From positions 2,240,728 to 2,304,727 of the forward strand of contig ML992502.1 in assembly GCA_010093995.1 (NCBI GenBank): 64,000 nucleotides of DNA. The letters are read 5' to 3'. Shown piece after piece: positions 1-11,528 of the stretch. Source of the stretch: Elsinoe ampelina. Lineage: Eukaryota. Below the pieces are notes generated by a model. The model ran no database searches. It had not been told where the DNA came from and worked only from the letters and a program-made list of their open reading frames with translations. Every line of letters starts with the position of its first letter. The first letter of the stretch is position 1. The translations under genes and the position numbers were made by a program.

Positions 1-184
1 ATCCTAAGGTTAAACTAAACACTATCTTACTATTTTACTAATCTATAATCAAATTAGATAATTATTGTCTTAATCTACTACTATTAAGGAGTTCTTTTGA
101 TTTAGCTATCTTTTAGTACACCAGGTTAAGTATTTATATAGTTATAATCTACCTTATTTTGGTGGTTTAGGCAGTAATTAATCC
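1..184. repeat. AT-rich, TpA-rich relic consistent with a RIP-mutated repeat/transposon edge (truncated by window start)
   Basis: Abrupt compositional boundary near 185. Upstream sequence is strongly AT-rich with abundant TA dinucleotides and stop codons, unlike the roughly balanced GC of the rest of the window. Confidence 0.6.
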
Positions 185-502
185 TTTTTCCTCCCCTACA
201 CAAGTCAACATGTCATTTTCTCCACCGGGAGGCCAGTCGACTTACAAAACATCACAATTGACTCAACTTCATCAAGAGACGTCTTGTCAGCCCCAGTAGA
301 CATCCAGTGCATGCCTACCAGTGATGACTCGAATCAGCCGTGTTGTGCTGACGTTAGCGAAGATGAAGCGGGATGCACGATTATCAGCCGGAGCCCTGCT
401 CACGCCTGCAACCCCTGGTGACAGCATGGCCACAATCCTGCCTCAGACACGTCCGGCATAAGTACATCTCATATCGCTCCAAGGTAGGTATGAAACCACA
501 TA

Positions 503-1510
503 ATGGCAAGCTTCGAATTTCTCAAAAGACGTGACATGACCGCTACCGATGGCGGTGCCGGCGCCCCGTCACCACCCAACCAATCCTCAACGTCCTACCA
601 GCCATTCATCGACACCGCCGCCGCGACCTGCACCCTCCCCGACGGCCGCAAGATCGGCTACACCCAATACGGCTCACCAACCGGCCAACCCATTTTCTTC
701 CTGCACGGCCTGCCCGGCTCACGCATCGAAGCCGCCCACCTCGACGAGGCCGGCAAACGCCACAACGCCCGCGTGATCGGCATCGACCGACCCGGCATCG
801 GCCTCTCCACCGCCCAACCAGGACGCACCGTCGTGTCGGCAGCACAAGACGTCGACCGCCTCGCCACCCACCTCGACATCCCCTGCTACGGCGTCCTGGG
901 CGTCTCAGGCGGCGGTCCACCCGCGTTAGCCTGCGCCGCGACCCTTCCCCCGGACCGCCTCAAAGCAGTCAGTATAGTATGCGGTCTCGGACTAGGCGGC
1001 ATGCCTCTCACGGGCATGGGGTGGATGAACTGGCTCGGCTTTCGATTTGGCTGGCACTGGATGCCGACGCTCTCGGCCAAGTACGTCGAGCGGGAAGGCT
1101 TCCTCGGCTTGCCAGAAGAGGAGAGATACAGACTTGCTGAAAAGAAGTTCAGCAGCTTTAAGGATCCGAGAGACAGGGAGGCGTTCGTGAACCCCGGGGG
1201 GATCCTGCCTGTCTTCCTGACGAGTATCAAGGAGGCTTTCCGTCAGGGAACGTCAGGGGTGGCGACGGAGGGATGGACGCTGGTGCAGCCTGCGGGGTTT
1301 GAGATTGAGGATATCAGGAAGGATCTACCTGTGCAGCTGTGGTATGGGAAGGATGATAAGAATGTTGGGATGGTCGGGGGATTGATTGCGAAGAGGTTGG
1401 GGGAGAGGGGGAATGTGAGGTATCATTTGACGGATGATACGCATGCGAGTATTTTTACGAGGAATAAGGATGGGTTTGTGAGGGAGCTGGTGCAGAGTAT
1501 GGCGGATTGA
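503..1510 (+). CDS. Alpha/beta-fold hydrolase (Abhydrolase_1 family)
   Basis: Intronless ORF with LPDGRKIGY, FFLHGLPGSR, IDRPGIGLS, nucleophile elbow GVSGGG, LWYGKDD and a C-terminal His (DTHAS). The start could be the ATG at 536. Confidence 0.9.
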   Translation: MASFEFLKRRDMTATDGGAGAPSPPNQSSTSYQPFIDTAAATCTLPDGRKIGYTQYGSPTGQPIFFLHGLPGSRIEAAHLDEAGKRHNARVIGIDRPGIGLSTAQPGRTVVSAAQDVDRLATHLDIPCYGVLGVSGGGPPALACAATLPPDRLKAVSIVCGLGLGGMPLTGMGWMNWLGFRFGWHWMPTLSAKYVEREGFLGLPEEERYRLAEKKFSSFKDPRDREAFVNPGGILPVFLTSIKEAFRQGTSGVATEGWTLVQPAGFEIEDIRKDLPVQLWYGKDDKNVGMVGGLIAKRLGERGNVRYHLTDDTHASIFTRNKDGFVRELVQSMAD

Positions 1511-2160
1511 TGGAATGGAGGGAACGGAAGAGGGTCGGCTCTCCGCTCATGATTGATGTTCTATGAGGTTTATGAAGGCGAACATGGTGCGTGTCGAAGG
1601 CAAACCGGTATATAAGAAACGGACATGTCACGGCTCTGGACTGATGTAATGGGAAAGGATTTGTATTCAGACTTTCAACTACAGATTCTCGGATGAGTCG
1701 CCATCTCATGGCATGCTGATGCGTCAATGAAGCGGCAGCATCGTGCGTTGTTGAAGTGATGAGCATCTCCAGAGTAGTCGTCAATGACTTCCTACAGGAC
1801 GTTTGCAAGCCAGCGAGTATTGGGGTGACTAGCCTACTGAAAGTCCGCAAGTGCGAGAGAGATGACCGGCCGACTGTGGAGGTACTGTCAGCTTCTTCGC
1901 AGATGGCAGCGAGTCGAGTGTAGCTTGGTGGGATCGGACATTGTTGGTGAGTTGTTGTGCAATGGGTGCTGGGAAGGTGCTTAATGTACAGGCGAAGTGT
2001 GTTCGGTGTGGCGGGGCAAGGCGGAAGGGGTCGAAGAGTTGATGGCTGTGAGGTGGATGTTGTGTTGTACCATGCATGAGGTGTCGTGAGGGCCCATCTT
2101 GTCGGAAAGGTTCAGCTGGTAGTAGGTCGCAAGAAGTGTGTGAGCTGGAAAGACATGGTC

Positions 2161-3113
2161 TCAGAGACTGACGAACAGAGCTTGTGAAGTTCTGATGATG
2201 TTAGCCAAGGCTGTAATAAATGCCGGATGTGAGAGGACTTGCCGAATGACAAGGCGGAGTGCATGTAGGATCCGCAATGCAAAACCATCTTGTTGAAATT
2301 GTGCTGAGTGCTGAGCGAATAGATGAACGATTCGCAAAGCAGCACCGTGTACATGCTGACAGGGATGAATGTGCAAAACTACCAGCAACGGCGTAAGGTC
2401 GAACATGAGTGACGTATACCAGTGGGAACTTGACACCAGGAGGTAAACGAGTGGGTCAAGTTGTCGTTGAGGTGACGATACGATATAATGCATACGACTT
2501 GTGGTAATCGCGCAGCCATTGATCCCTACCAGGAAGGAGATGAATGCCAGTTGATGCAGCCGCCAGTGTCGATGGATGAACGACCTCGTGCCGAGAGATT
2601 GGGGGTGCCGAAGTTGCCAGGCAGAAGCGGGACTCGTGTCGAGATCAGAGAGGTGGGTGATAATAGAGATGGGTGATATGAAAGAGGAGTCGTCGATGTG
2701 GTAGTATTGGGTGATGACGGCGATAAGATTATGACACTGCGAGAGTCAGTCAAGCTTTGTGTGTGCGACGGCAGAAAACATACTTTGAAGAGGGGTCACA
2801 GATTGCGCCCACAGCTGGTTGTGTACTTTGCAGTCCACAGTGCTTGAATTCTCGGCACAGGCAAGGTGCGAAGATCAGTGGTAGGGAGATGCTGGTTGAG
2901 ATTTATTGCGACAGGAGCACAGACCCTGTATGGATGGCGAGGCGGAAAGTGAGGTTTCGCAATCGTGCTGGACGACCGAGGAGAATGGCGGAGATTGAGA
3001 CTGGTAGGTGACAGTGCAGTGGGAGCAGCCACATGGTAGCTACACTGCCTGTGCCTGAGCGAGAGCAGTCGAGAGAAAGTGGCTGATGGAATTGTCTCAT
3101 GATCGCCAGTCAT
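2161..3113 (-). pseudogene. Candidate spliced ORF interrupted by one in-frame TGA (pseudogene, readthrough gene or lncRNA)
   Basis: Minus-strand consensus introns at 3211-3257 (GTAAGC..CTGAC..CAG), 2737-2783 (GTATGT..CTGAC..CAG) and possibly 2192-2242 (GCAAGT..CTAAC..CAG). After splicing, the frame from ATG 3113 is open to 2161 except for TGA at 2796-2798. No recognisable homology. Confidence 0.3.
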
Positions 3114-3664
3114 GCATGCTTTTGAGAGAGTGTTGAACCGAATGGCATAACCACCAGAAGAGTGACAGCTGAGGTCGGACCGTCGAGGTGAAGGAGGGTG
3201 TCAAGAGGATCTGATGTGGTCAGTTGTTGGTCTTTCTCTGGGTGGAGAGAAGCTTACAAGAAGTAGCTTGTTAGGCTGCAGTCAATGACCAAGATTGTAA
3301 TAATCCGCCGAAGTGCGGCTATCCTGAATGCCCTAGATCCAGGTGTCCTCAATCTGCCTCACTCAGACCGGACGGCGACCTGTCTCGATGCGCCACATCA
3401 CAGTCGCAGGTGCTCTCTGATGAATGCCAAAGGCCAGTGTGAGGTTACTGACCCTATGAGGCAATGCATAGAGCTGACCCATGCAGATTGGATGTGGATG
3501 GAGGAGGAAAGGAGATTCCAAAGTGAAGAGATCATTAAATACCTGTGTGCGCACGACTCGAGGCTTGGCATACGCCACTGTGCTCGTTGTCGGCACATGA
3601 ATCGTTGCCCCAGCGACGATGACATCAATCCGACGAAGACCGAGTATTCAGATAACAGTTGACA

Positions 3665-4693
3665 TTATATGATCTTGCTCAATACGTTACCTGCTCGCGG
3701 ATCTGATGGTAATTCATCCTTCTGCTTTCGCTTCGTCAAATTCTGTTTGAACTTTCGTGGCAGTTGCAGTCCTGAATCATCAGATCGTAGAGTCGCATCT
3801 CCGTCGACATCCTTGCGCTTCGACTTGATACCCTCAACCATCTTTCCCCTCTCTATATCGCGTACGAAGGTTTCATTCTCCTTCTTGGCCTTGGTGATCT
3901 CCGTCCGCAGCCTGGCTTCCCTCTCCTTGTTTTCCCGCTGGATCTGCTCCGTCAGGTCGTCCCATTTGAACCCTGTCAGGTACTTTATATTCCAGATGTC
4001 ATCATAGTAGTAGTTTCCCTTCTTTCCTCCAATGCTGTTCCCGTTCAAAACACTTGCCACCATTTTCGCATCCTTCTTTGACAAGAATTCCACCCAGCCA
4101 TCCACGTACGAGTGCTTCTTGTTGCCTCCAGACTTGACCCTCCGAGAATAAGCTGCATGATCCTCGGGCGTCAGGAAGAGCTTCCCTATCTTTCCATATG
4201 GTTCAAGGTAGTTGCGGACAGTCGCAGGCTTCATAAAAGGCGGTATTCGAGATATGTAAATCACACCAGACTTTTTCTTGGCCTTCCCTTTCTTCGTTGC
4301 GCTATCAGCCGTAGAAGCTGATGGGTCCGCGATCGAGTTCCTCGTTGGATCTTCCTCCTTCTCCGGACCGTCTCTATGTCCATCTAGAGCATCCTCTTGA
4401 GCGCTATCGATATCATCTGTCGGGAATCGCGAGAATCTGCTGTCCTGGACAAGCGAAGTACTCTGTCGCCTGTGCGGTTGCTTGAGTATTGCGCCTGATG
4501 CCTTGTCTAATTCGTCGTCGTCTGAAAAGTCCTCGTTGCCAGAGTCCGAACCGTCGTCCAGTCTTCGGCGCTTGATCGATCGCGATGTGAGGTGTACCTT
4601 GCTCTGCTCGGCACCACCTTCCAGATCACTGTCATTCGAGAGTTCATCCTCCTCGTCCGGCTCTAGCCATTCATTTCGCTTTCGTGACGGCAT
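3665..4693 (-). CDS. ESF2: Pre-rRNA-processing protein ESF2/ABT1 (RRM)
   Basis: Acidic N-terminus, then GVIYISRIPPFMKP, GWVEF and WNIKYLTGFKWDDLTEQI motifs characteristic of Esf2/ABT1. Confidence 0.95.
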   Translation of the reverse strand: MPSRKRNEWLEPDEEDELSNDSDLEGGAEQSKVHLTSRSIKRRRLDDGSDSGNEDFSDDDELDKASGAILKQPHRRQSTSLVQDSRFSRFPTDDIDSAQEDALDGHRDGPEKEEDPTRNSIADPSASTADSATKKGKAKKKSGVIYISRIPPFMKPATVRNYLEPYGKIGKLFLTPEDHAAYSRRVKSGGNKKHSYVDGWVEFLSKKDAKMVASVLNGNSIGGKKGNYYYDDIWNIKYLTGFKWDDLTEQIQRENKEREARLRTEITKAKKENETFVRDIERGKMVEGIKSKRKDVDGDATLRSDDSGLQLPRKFKQNLTKRKQKDELPSDPRAGNVLSKII

Positions 4694-5326
4694 TTGGTCT
4701 CTGGTTCAAGAACGTGCATCTAACCAAAGCGGTCTTCATGGAAAAGTTGAGAGGACGTCATTTTCAAGCCGAGGTTCTCCCGAGCGGTGCTCTTCAACAA
4801 ACATGTTCTGATGATGGAGCCACTTTTCCCATCTCTCTATTTGGCCCATTTCATTTCTAGTAGTATTGCTCTGAGCACAGGATTGCCTCTAATGAAGAAT
4901 ACTTCTCGGGCGTTCCAAGGCGCGCCTTTTGACGTTGAGTTGGTGACCAACTCGTGTACTCCAAGCGTGCACTACATGAGTTCGGGACACGACTGCCCAA
5001 AGTCGTATTGCAACCATTTGCACCGGCATTTCGCTGTCCTGGTAGGGCATTGACCGTAGGACATTGACCCTCAGCTAGCTCAGCGGCGAGCACCTCTGCT
5101 CTCTAAGTCATCTACCAGTTCCCACCGGTCCTCATGACTGTCTGTAGAAGCGTGAGGTTGAGGGGTACCCACTACCACATTCGATCGTCCCTTTTGGGAA
5201 CTCGCACTTTCCTTTGGTATACGCTACAATTACAGAATGACAGCTATGCATTCTCTCCTGTACCCTCGACTCTTTCATAGATCGCCAGATCCTACCGCCG
5301 AGATCGTCATATCGAGCAATCCCAGG

Positions 5327-6598
5327 ATGGATCTCGCCCTTCGATGCAACAATCTGAGCTGCCGCCGCGAGCTCAATGAGGTCGCAATCGTCACCACTTG
5401 CTCGTGAGGTATAACCTAATCCGAAGCATAGCCCATCGCTGACAGGTATCCTAGTCACATATTTTGCGAACCATGTGCGGGGGACACTGGTCTCATCACT
5501 GCTCGTCTCGGTACCCGCAACTGTCCAGCATGTCAAACTCAGCTCAATCAACCCGACGATGCTATGCGTTCTTCCATGAACCCATCCGAAGACTACAAAA
5601 CGAGTGTCCTCAGCGGACTGTCCCCCACGATCGTCATGGATTGTGCAAGCAAAGCGATGAGCTTTTTCAACTATCAAGCTGTACAGGAAATGTTGATGGG
5701 TCCAAGTTCTGCTGGTGGAAGAAAGCTGACCTCAGTAGTATGTATCAACGTGCCATGACTGACCAGATCGCTTCCAAACTCAATCGGCTCGGTAAAGAGG
5801 CTCAGCATATGCTGAACGAAGCCAACGAGGAGATACAAGGACTGAGCGATCGGCTTCAAGGTTTGCTTTGCCTTCCTCCTGATGTGATAGAGATACTGAT
5901 ATTCTCAGCTGCCATCGAGGACAAAACTATACTTCAGAAGAAGTATCTCGAAGCACAGCAGGCTTTCAAGAACAAGACCAACAGGTTGAACGCCATTCAG
6001 AAAGACTATATCAGAGTAAAGGGCAATGCCAACGAGGACATTATTCGTCAAGCCGCTGCACAGAATGTCGATGCCATGATGGAACGGGACCTGGAGAACA
6101 CAATGGGACCACCGCAGCGCCCTGCACAGGTCCACTTGGGGGCCAGTCGCTCTCCCAGCGTCATCATGAACCAGCGTCGACCCAACGCCGGTGATCATGT
6201 TGGTGTCATGCACCAGAACTTTGCTCCCGCTCTTAATACTGGTCGAGGTAAGCGTGCAATATCGACAGGCATGAGCGCGCTGTGTTCTAACATCATCAGG
6301 CTCTGTGACCAGTGGTACACCCGCCCTTTACCGACAACGTCTCAATGCCTCCCCTCATGGTCGCAACGCTATACCTCAACAGCACACGAACATGAACTTC
6401 AACACGAACATACTGCACCCGACTCCTACTCGTCCACCGTTTGGCAGGGTCGATGGCAATGTGCAGGATAGGCTAGGTCATTCGTCTCAGGGCATGAGCG
6501 CGGGTCTGAAGATGGGCAGGCATGTCCAGAACACAGCAGGCACCAGAGCAGCAGGATCGGGGGTTAGAAGCTTTCCAGGTGGAATGCTGTTGCGGTGA
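5327..6598 (+). CDS. HEI10: Meiotic RING E3 ligase HEI10/CCNB1IP1 (spliced)
   Basis: Spliced reading MDLALRCNNLSCRRELNEVAIVTTCSHIFCEPC..CPAC..MNPSEDYKTSVLSGLSPTIVMDCASKAMSFFNYQ, followed by coiled coil and a disordered tail. Introns at about 5404-5454, 5692-5738, 5861-5908 and 6248-6299. The 3' end is tentative. Confidence 0.85.
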
Positions 6599-6903
6599 GC
6601 TGGTCTGTAAGGTGGAGTCCGGCGGAGTTGACGTCCAAGGCCAAAATTGCTGAGACAATGGCTGTGATGACCCGCTGTGATGACCCGAGATTATGACAGA
6701 CGTAGATAGCTTTCAATGATGCAGTCGCCGTCCCGGTCTGGCAACCGAGGTGTTGGATCAGGTTCTTCTTGCATAGATCACGTGAATGCTTGGTGTGAGC
6801 AAAACTCCGCTCCACCCCCACCCTTGATGGTTGACTCCGACTTCATCCTTCCCTCCACCATCGGTGAAAGCTCCGGCATACATCCCAGCCCACAGTTGCA
6901 GCC

Positions 6904-7817
6904 ATGTCGCCTGCCTCACATGTGTAAGGATAGTTACGGGCATTTCTGGTTCATTGACTGACACCTGCAGCTCAATGCCCCCAATCAGGGCCTGTCTTTT
7001 CGACATGGACGGCCTCCTCCTCGACAGCGAAGACAAATACACCGAATGCACCAACGCCGTCCTCCGCGAATTCGGCAAGCCCGACCTCCCCTGGTCCATC
7101 AAATCACAACTGCAAGGCCGGCCCGCCCCAGAAGCGGGTAAAATCTTCCACGACTGGGCCCAACTCCCCATTTCCCGCGAAGACTTCCTCGCCCGCCAAG
7201 TAGCCATGCAGGCGAAGCTGTTCCCGACATGCAAGCCGTTGCCCGGCGCGGAGGAGTTGTTGCGGCGGCTGAAGGGCACGGAGAAGAACGGCAAGGAGAG
7301 GGTGTATATCGCGTTGGCGACGAGTAGTCGGACCGAGACGTTTGAGATGAAGACGTCGAGGTTGCAGGGGATGTTCGAGGTGTTTGAGGAGGAGAATAAG
7401 GTGTTAGGGGACGATGAGAGGATACCGAAGGGGAGGGGGAAGCCGTGTCCGGATATTTATCTGTTGGCGTTGGAGACGATTAATGAGGGGATAAGGAGGA
7501 GGAACAAAGAGGGGGGGAATGAGACGGAGGTCAAGGTGGAGGAGTGTTTGGTGTTTGAGGATAGTGTGCCTGGGGTGGAGGCGGGGAGGAGGGCGGGGAT
7601 GCAGGTGTTGTGGGTACCGCATCCTGGGTTGTTCAATGAGTATCGGGGTAGGGAGAAGGAGGTCATGGCGGGGAGTAGTGGGATGGCTCATGCGGAGCTG
7701 AATTCGGGGGATAAGAGCGATATGTCAAAGGCGCCGGGGAGGATAGATGATGGATGGGCGAGGAGAATCATGAGCTTGGAGGAGTTTCCTTATGATGTGT
7801 ATGGCATCAAGGCGTAA
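6904..7817 (+). CDS. HAD-superfamily phosphatase, HDHD1/pseudouridine-5'-phosphatase-like
   Basis: ACLFDMDGLLLDSE (motif I), ALATSS (II), GRGKPCPDIY (III), CLVFEDSVPGVEAGRRAGM (IV). A short first exon 6904-6923 joins in frame across intron 6924-6970. Confidence 0.9.
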
Positions 7818-8184
7818 GTCCACTCCCCGTTGAGCTGTCTGGCTGCCGTGAATCGGTGGCACTGATTGTCTAGCAGCCCTCGAGGAGGCAAGCTATGATT
7901 CCCGTCATCTGACAAAAGCGTTGATTGTGTTTCAGCAAGCATGGCATCCCGCGTTCTGGTAGTAATGCGGGTCTTTCACGTGCCTCGTGAATCACCTCTG
8001 TAGAAAATTTCTTGTGTCTCCAGACCTTCTTTCACGGTCTTCCTTCCCATGCCAACACCATCACGAGCGTCGGTGAAATTACTGGACCAAGGAGATTACC
8101 AGCACTGCTCTGCCAGCACTACTTGAGCCACACAAGATACTGTAGTCCGCGACAGGGCGTCCAAGGACCAGGTGACCACACGAC

Positions 8185-9945
8185 ATGTCTTCACCTGCGT
8201 CAGATACCGATATAGAGGCAAAGTTGGCACGTCTGCAGTTCGTTACTGAACAGGCTCGCGCGGGATGGAGGGATATGACCGCTCGTCCGATCGAAGGAGT
8301 GGTATGCCATCTGGTACAGCTGCCGGGCTGCTGGATCGAACGATTCATCCTCATATGCAAGGACAGCTCAACTCACAGATCCTTGAAGCCGCTTGTGGAT
8401 GAAGGAGACATCGTGAAAGTGCTATTTCCAGCGGCGATGCTGGAAGTGGGCGAGAAGAAAAGAGTCTGGACTGGAGAAGTGGTTCCCCCTTATCCTGAAC
8501 TACCTAGTGGTACTGTCTGCATTGAGATCATGGCACCTCTGGAGGAGGGTAATTGGGCTTGGTCCACCCTACATCCTCAGCATTTCGAGCGCTGCAAGAG
8601 CTACGAGGCTTTCAGAACATCAGAGGATCTGATGAGGTACCTCGAGAATGGCCCTAGCTTCACCGTCATGCTCCGCAAAATTTACGACAAAGACATCACC
8701 AGTCGCGACCGCCTCAGCTTTGAGGGTCTGAGATCGCGAGCCCGGCATGAACGTCTCTTGTCGGCGAACGGCAACAGCCTCACTGCGGATATCCTGTGTG
8801 GCGTAAATCATGACAATATGGCACTCGTCGATGGTTTCTTTGGCTTGTCTGACAAGGAAATCGACGGACGGTTCTCACTCAAGGATCGAGCCTCCATGCC
8901 CATCCTGCAGACTATGAGACAGATGGCAGGAGGGTTCGAGAAATCGACTTCTCTAATGGCCAAGGACAAATACAGCAAAGGATGGGTTCTGGCCAGCATT
9001 GCGAGTATCTTTGTCGACAAGAGAATCTCCCCGCGACGCTGCCGTCGCCGTTTCATCATCAACCGCCCCTATCCGCCGGTTGTGACAGGTCGAGCCTTCG
9101 ACGGCGTGCAGTACATGCCATTCACCGACACACATCGCGACACATGCTTGATCATGGCATTGGCACCGACTTCCGCAAACGCCATCGGGCTGACCCAAAA
9201 GATCTTCAAGTCGATGTCGATGTTCAGGGACGATGTAGTCTGCACATTCGTATCCTCAGAGCACACCGACAGGGAGATATTCATGCGTGCTGCAGATACT
9301 ACTGCGAGACGTCTTGGCCCTGACCACTTGATCGACAGTAATTTAGGAGCTGGCTCACTGGCACAAGACTGGCAGAATCACCGCATCAAAACCAAACGCT
9401 ATGGCGAACTCCACACCCGCACCAGTACTCGTGATCATCGACCCACGAAGGATGCATACTACCACTCCGTCGGATTCGCCATGATGATCGCTGCCGGACT
9501 GCAAATCCCAGTTGAGGACCAACAGCACCCGTATGTTAAGACTCTGCTTCGCAGTCCACTCCGCAGCGAGCTGGATAGGCTTGTTCACTTCCGCTTCCTC
9601 TACGCTGAAATGAGCAAATCGCATGTGTCTGAGGAACATCGTCTAGATTTCGAGCTCGAGTTCGATCGGGTCCGCGATCTGGTACTCCGCTGCTCGGACG
9701 CTGTGATCATGACGATGGACAACGCGCGCCAACCATATTTACGATGCAGTCTCTCCCCTCACATCATCTTGTCAGACAGTATTGATGAAGCTGTTGCTAG
9801 CGAGATTTACGCCCACTTGGTCGATTTCCCTACGGCAAGGCGGGTTGTGGTTACGGAGACGTTCGAGAACCTATCGCCTTCGATGCAGAGGTGGGTTCTG
9901 GACAGGATGGGGAATGAGGGTAGTGTCTTCTCGTCGATGACGTGA
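8185..9945 (+). CDS. Orphan 586-aa protein with degenerate UPF1/DNA2-NAM7-like (SF1) helicase N-terminal half
   Basis: Long intronless ORF. IMALAPTSANA resembles motif Ia, LVLRCSDAVIMT resembles motif Ib, and PHIILSDSIDEAVASE..ARRVVVT resembles motifs II/III. There is no intact Walker A and no second RecA domain. Confidence 0.6.
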   Translation: MSSPASDTDIEAKLARLQFVTEQARAGWRDMTARPIEGVVCHLVQLPGCWIERFILICKDSSTHRSLKPLVDEGDIVKVLFPAAMLEVGEKKRVWTGEVVPPYPELPSGTVCIEIMAPLEEGNWAWSTLHPQHFERCKSYEAFRTSEDLMRYLENGPSFTVMLRKIYDKDITSRDRLSFEGLRSRARHERLLSANGNSLTADILCGVNHDNMALVDGFFGLSDKEIDGRFSLKDRASMPILQTMRQMAGGFEKSTSLMAKDKYSKGWVLASIASIFVDKRISPRRCRRRFIINRPYPPVVTGRAFDGVQYMPFTDTHRDTCLIMALAPTSANAIGLTQKIFKSMSMFRDDVVCTFVSSEHTDREIFMRAADTTARRLGPDHLIDSNLGAGSLAQDWQNHRIKTKRYGELHTRTSTRDHRPTKDAYYHSVGFAMMIAAGLQIPVEDQQHPYVKTLLRSPLRSELDRLVHFRFLYAEMSKSHVSEEHRLDFELEFDRVRDLVLRCSDAVIMTMDNARQPYLRCSLSPHIILSDSIDEAVASEIYAHLVDFPTARRVVVTETFENLSPSMQRWVLDRMGNEGSVFSSMT

Positions 9946-10448
9946 CGAGAATGGCTGGCATGACGGCCCGTGGTATTGCAGGATGCTGGTAGGATAGAAC
10001 TGATGACACTGCATGTGGTCAACGGGAGTACGGAGTCAGATTTGGATTGGAAGGGTCAAATTGCACCTTGTCATCATCTCGAGGGGTTTGTACTCGATAC
10101 TACAGGACACGGGGAGATGCGTGAGGCTTCTCGATACTGGTTTGAATGCTAGCGGCTTGATCCAAGGAGACATGGCATGAAATATAGCATCTTCTTTCTC
10201 ATTCTGCCGTCCACCACGGAACAATTCTCGGGCTGAGGTGCTTGTGTGCTAGTCAACTCGAACACAGTAGCGTATCAATCAATCAATACTAACCATCTCA
10301 GAAGACGACAGTCGAGCTTTTCCCACATCAAGTTGTCGCCACCCCGCTGGGCCTTGATCGCACTGTTCGTCCAAGGCGGGCGTCGTACAGTTGCCAGCTT
10401 AAATTCCCAGCCAGTTTCGCATCGTGCCTCTGTTTCCTCGATAGCATC

Positions 10449-11528
10449 ATGACTGACAAGCACAAGTCCGTGTCCACAGCGCTTGACGCTCAACACCTAC
10501 ACGATCTCCTCCGCCGCTGCAAAGCTACCTTCCCGGTCGCATATCGTGACGAATGCTGGTACCTGACCACGGTTCGTCCCCTTCCACTTCCCATAATCTC
10601 GCCGCTTCGTCTCCTTCTCTGCTCTCGACTCTTTTTACCATCTTTCTTTGTCTGCTCTTTCTCCCGTGCCCCTCCCCATGGCCGTGCAGTCTTCCGCTTC
10701 TCTCTCCCCTCTCACGCTTCCACCACTGATCGATGGGTGACAGGCCGCCTCGCTTCTGTCACTCAATCTCCCCTCCTCCATCGGAGCACTCTACACCTTC
10801 CTTCTGGATGACACGCCACTCCTTGCCCCGGAATCACGCAAGCACTTCGTCCGCCGTCTACGGGAGACGTTGATCAAATGTATCATCCTGGTTGGGATTC
10901 CGAAGGTGATGTTGGCGTTCCATTCCCTCGCAGCCGTGGAGAGGGAGGAGGATCAGGATGGGGGCTTTACCAGGTATGTTGTCTTTTCCATTCTTCAGGA
11001 TCGCTGATGGACTGAGGGTGAGGTGCTGATGGGGAGACGTTCACCTGAGAAGGATACTGACGGGTCACAGGGAAGGCTGGACGCCGGACGAAGCGAACAG
11101 AGAGAGGGGCGAGAAGGTGCTGGATGTGATTTACCAAGGATTCCAGCACAAGGCACATGCTGCGTGCGGGTCACATAGGGATGTTGGTAGGTCTCATCCT
11201 CGAAGATGCCGACCCTGGCAGATCAGGCTTGCTAGGGAACGACATGCTGATGGGAGTAGAGTGGATATCGACGAATATCTCCTACGGGCTGTTCCTGGCT
11301 GATCATCAAGTGCTGAACATCATGGAGTCTGAGCTGGTGATCTTGCCGGCGATTATGTGTCAAGATCTGAAGGCTCCCACGGATTGGCATCTGAAAGGAT
11401 GCCTGAGGGTAGGCTTCACCAGAGGAGAAATTGACGCCGTGCAAAAGGTCATCAGAGAGATCGCGGAGTACGCGGACATCAGGTTGAAGAACGTCGGGAC
11501 GATCTGGGACATCCCAGACGACGCCTGA
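10449..11528 (+). CDS. AhpD-like/carboxymuconolactone decarboxylase-fold protein (PXP2-like), spliced
   Basis: Introns 10572-10743, 10974-11070 and 11187-11259 give ..CWYLTTAASLL..VRRLRETLIKCIILVGIPK..RGEKVLDVIY..ISYGLFL..WHLKGCLRVG. Confidence 0.8.

Noticed and set aside
5464..6471. 335-aa ORF as a stand-alone gene
   Set aside because: Only its middle is coding. It is part of the spliced HEI10 gene, and its ends are other frames or introns.
5327..9945. Mating-type or meiotic gene cluster around HEI10
   Set aside because: No HMG/alpha-box gene, APN2 or SLA2 is visible, and the neighbours are unrelated housekeeping genes.
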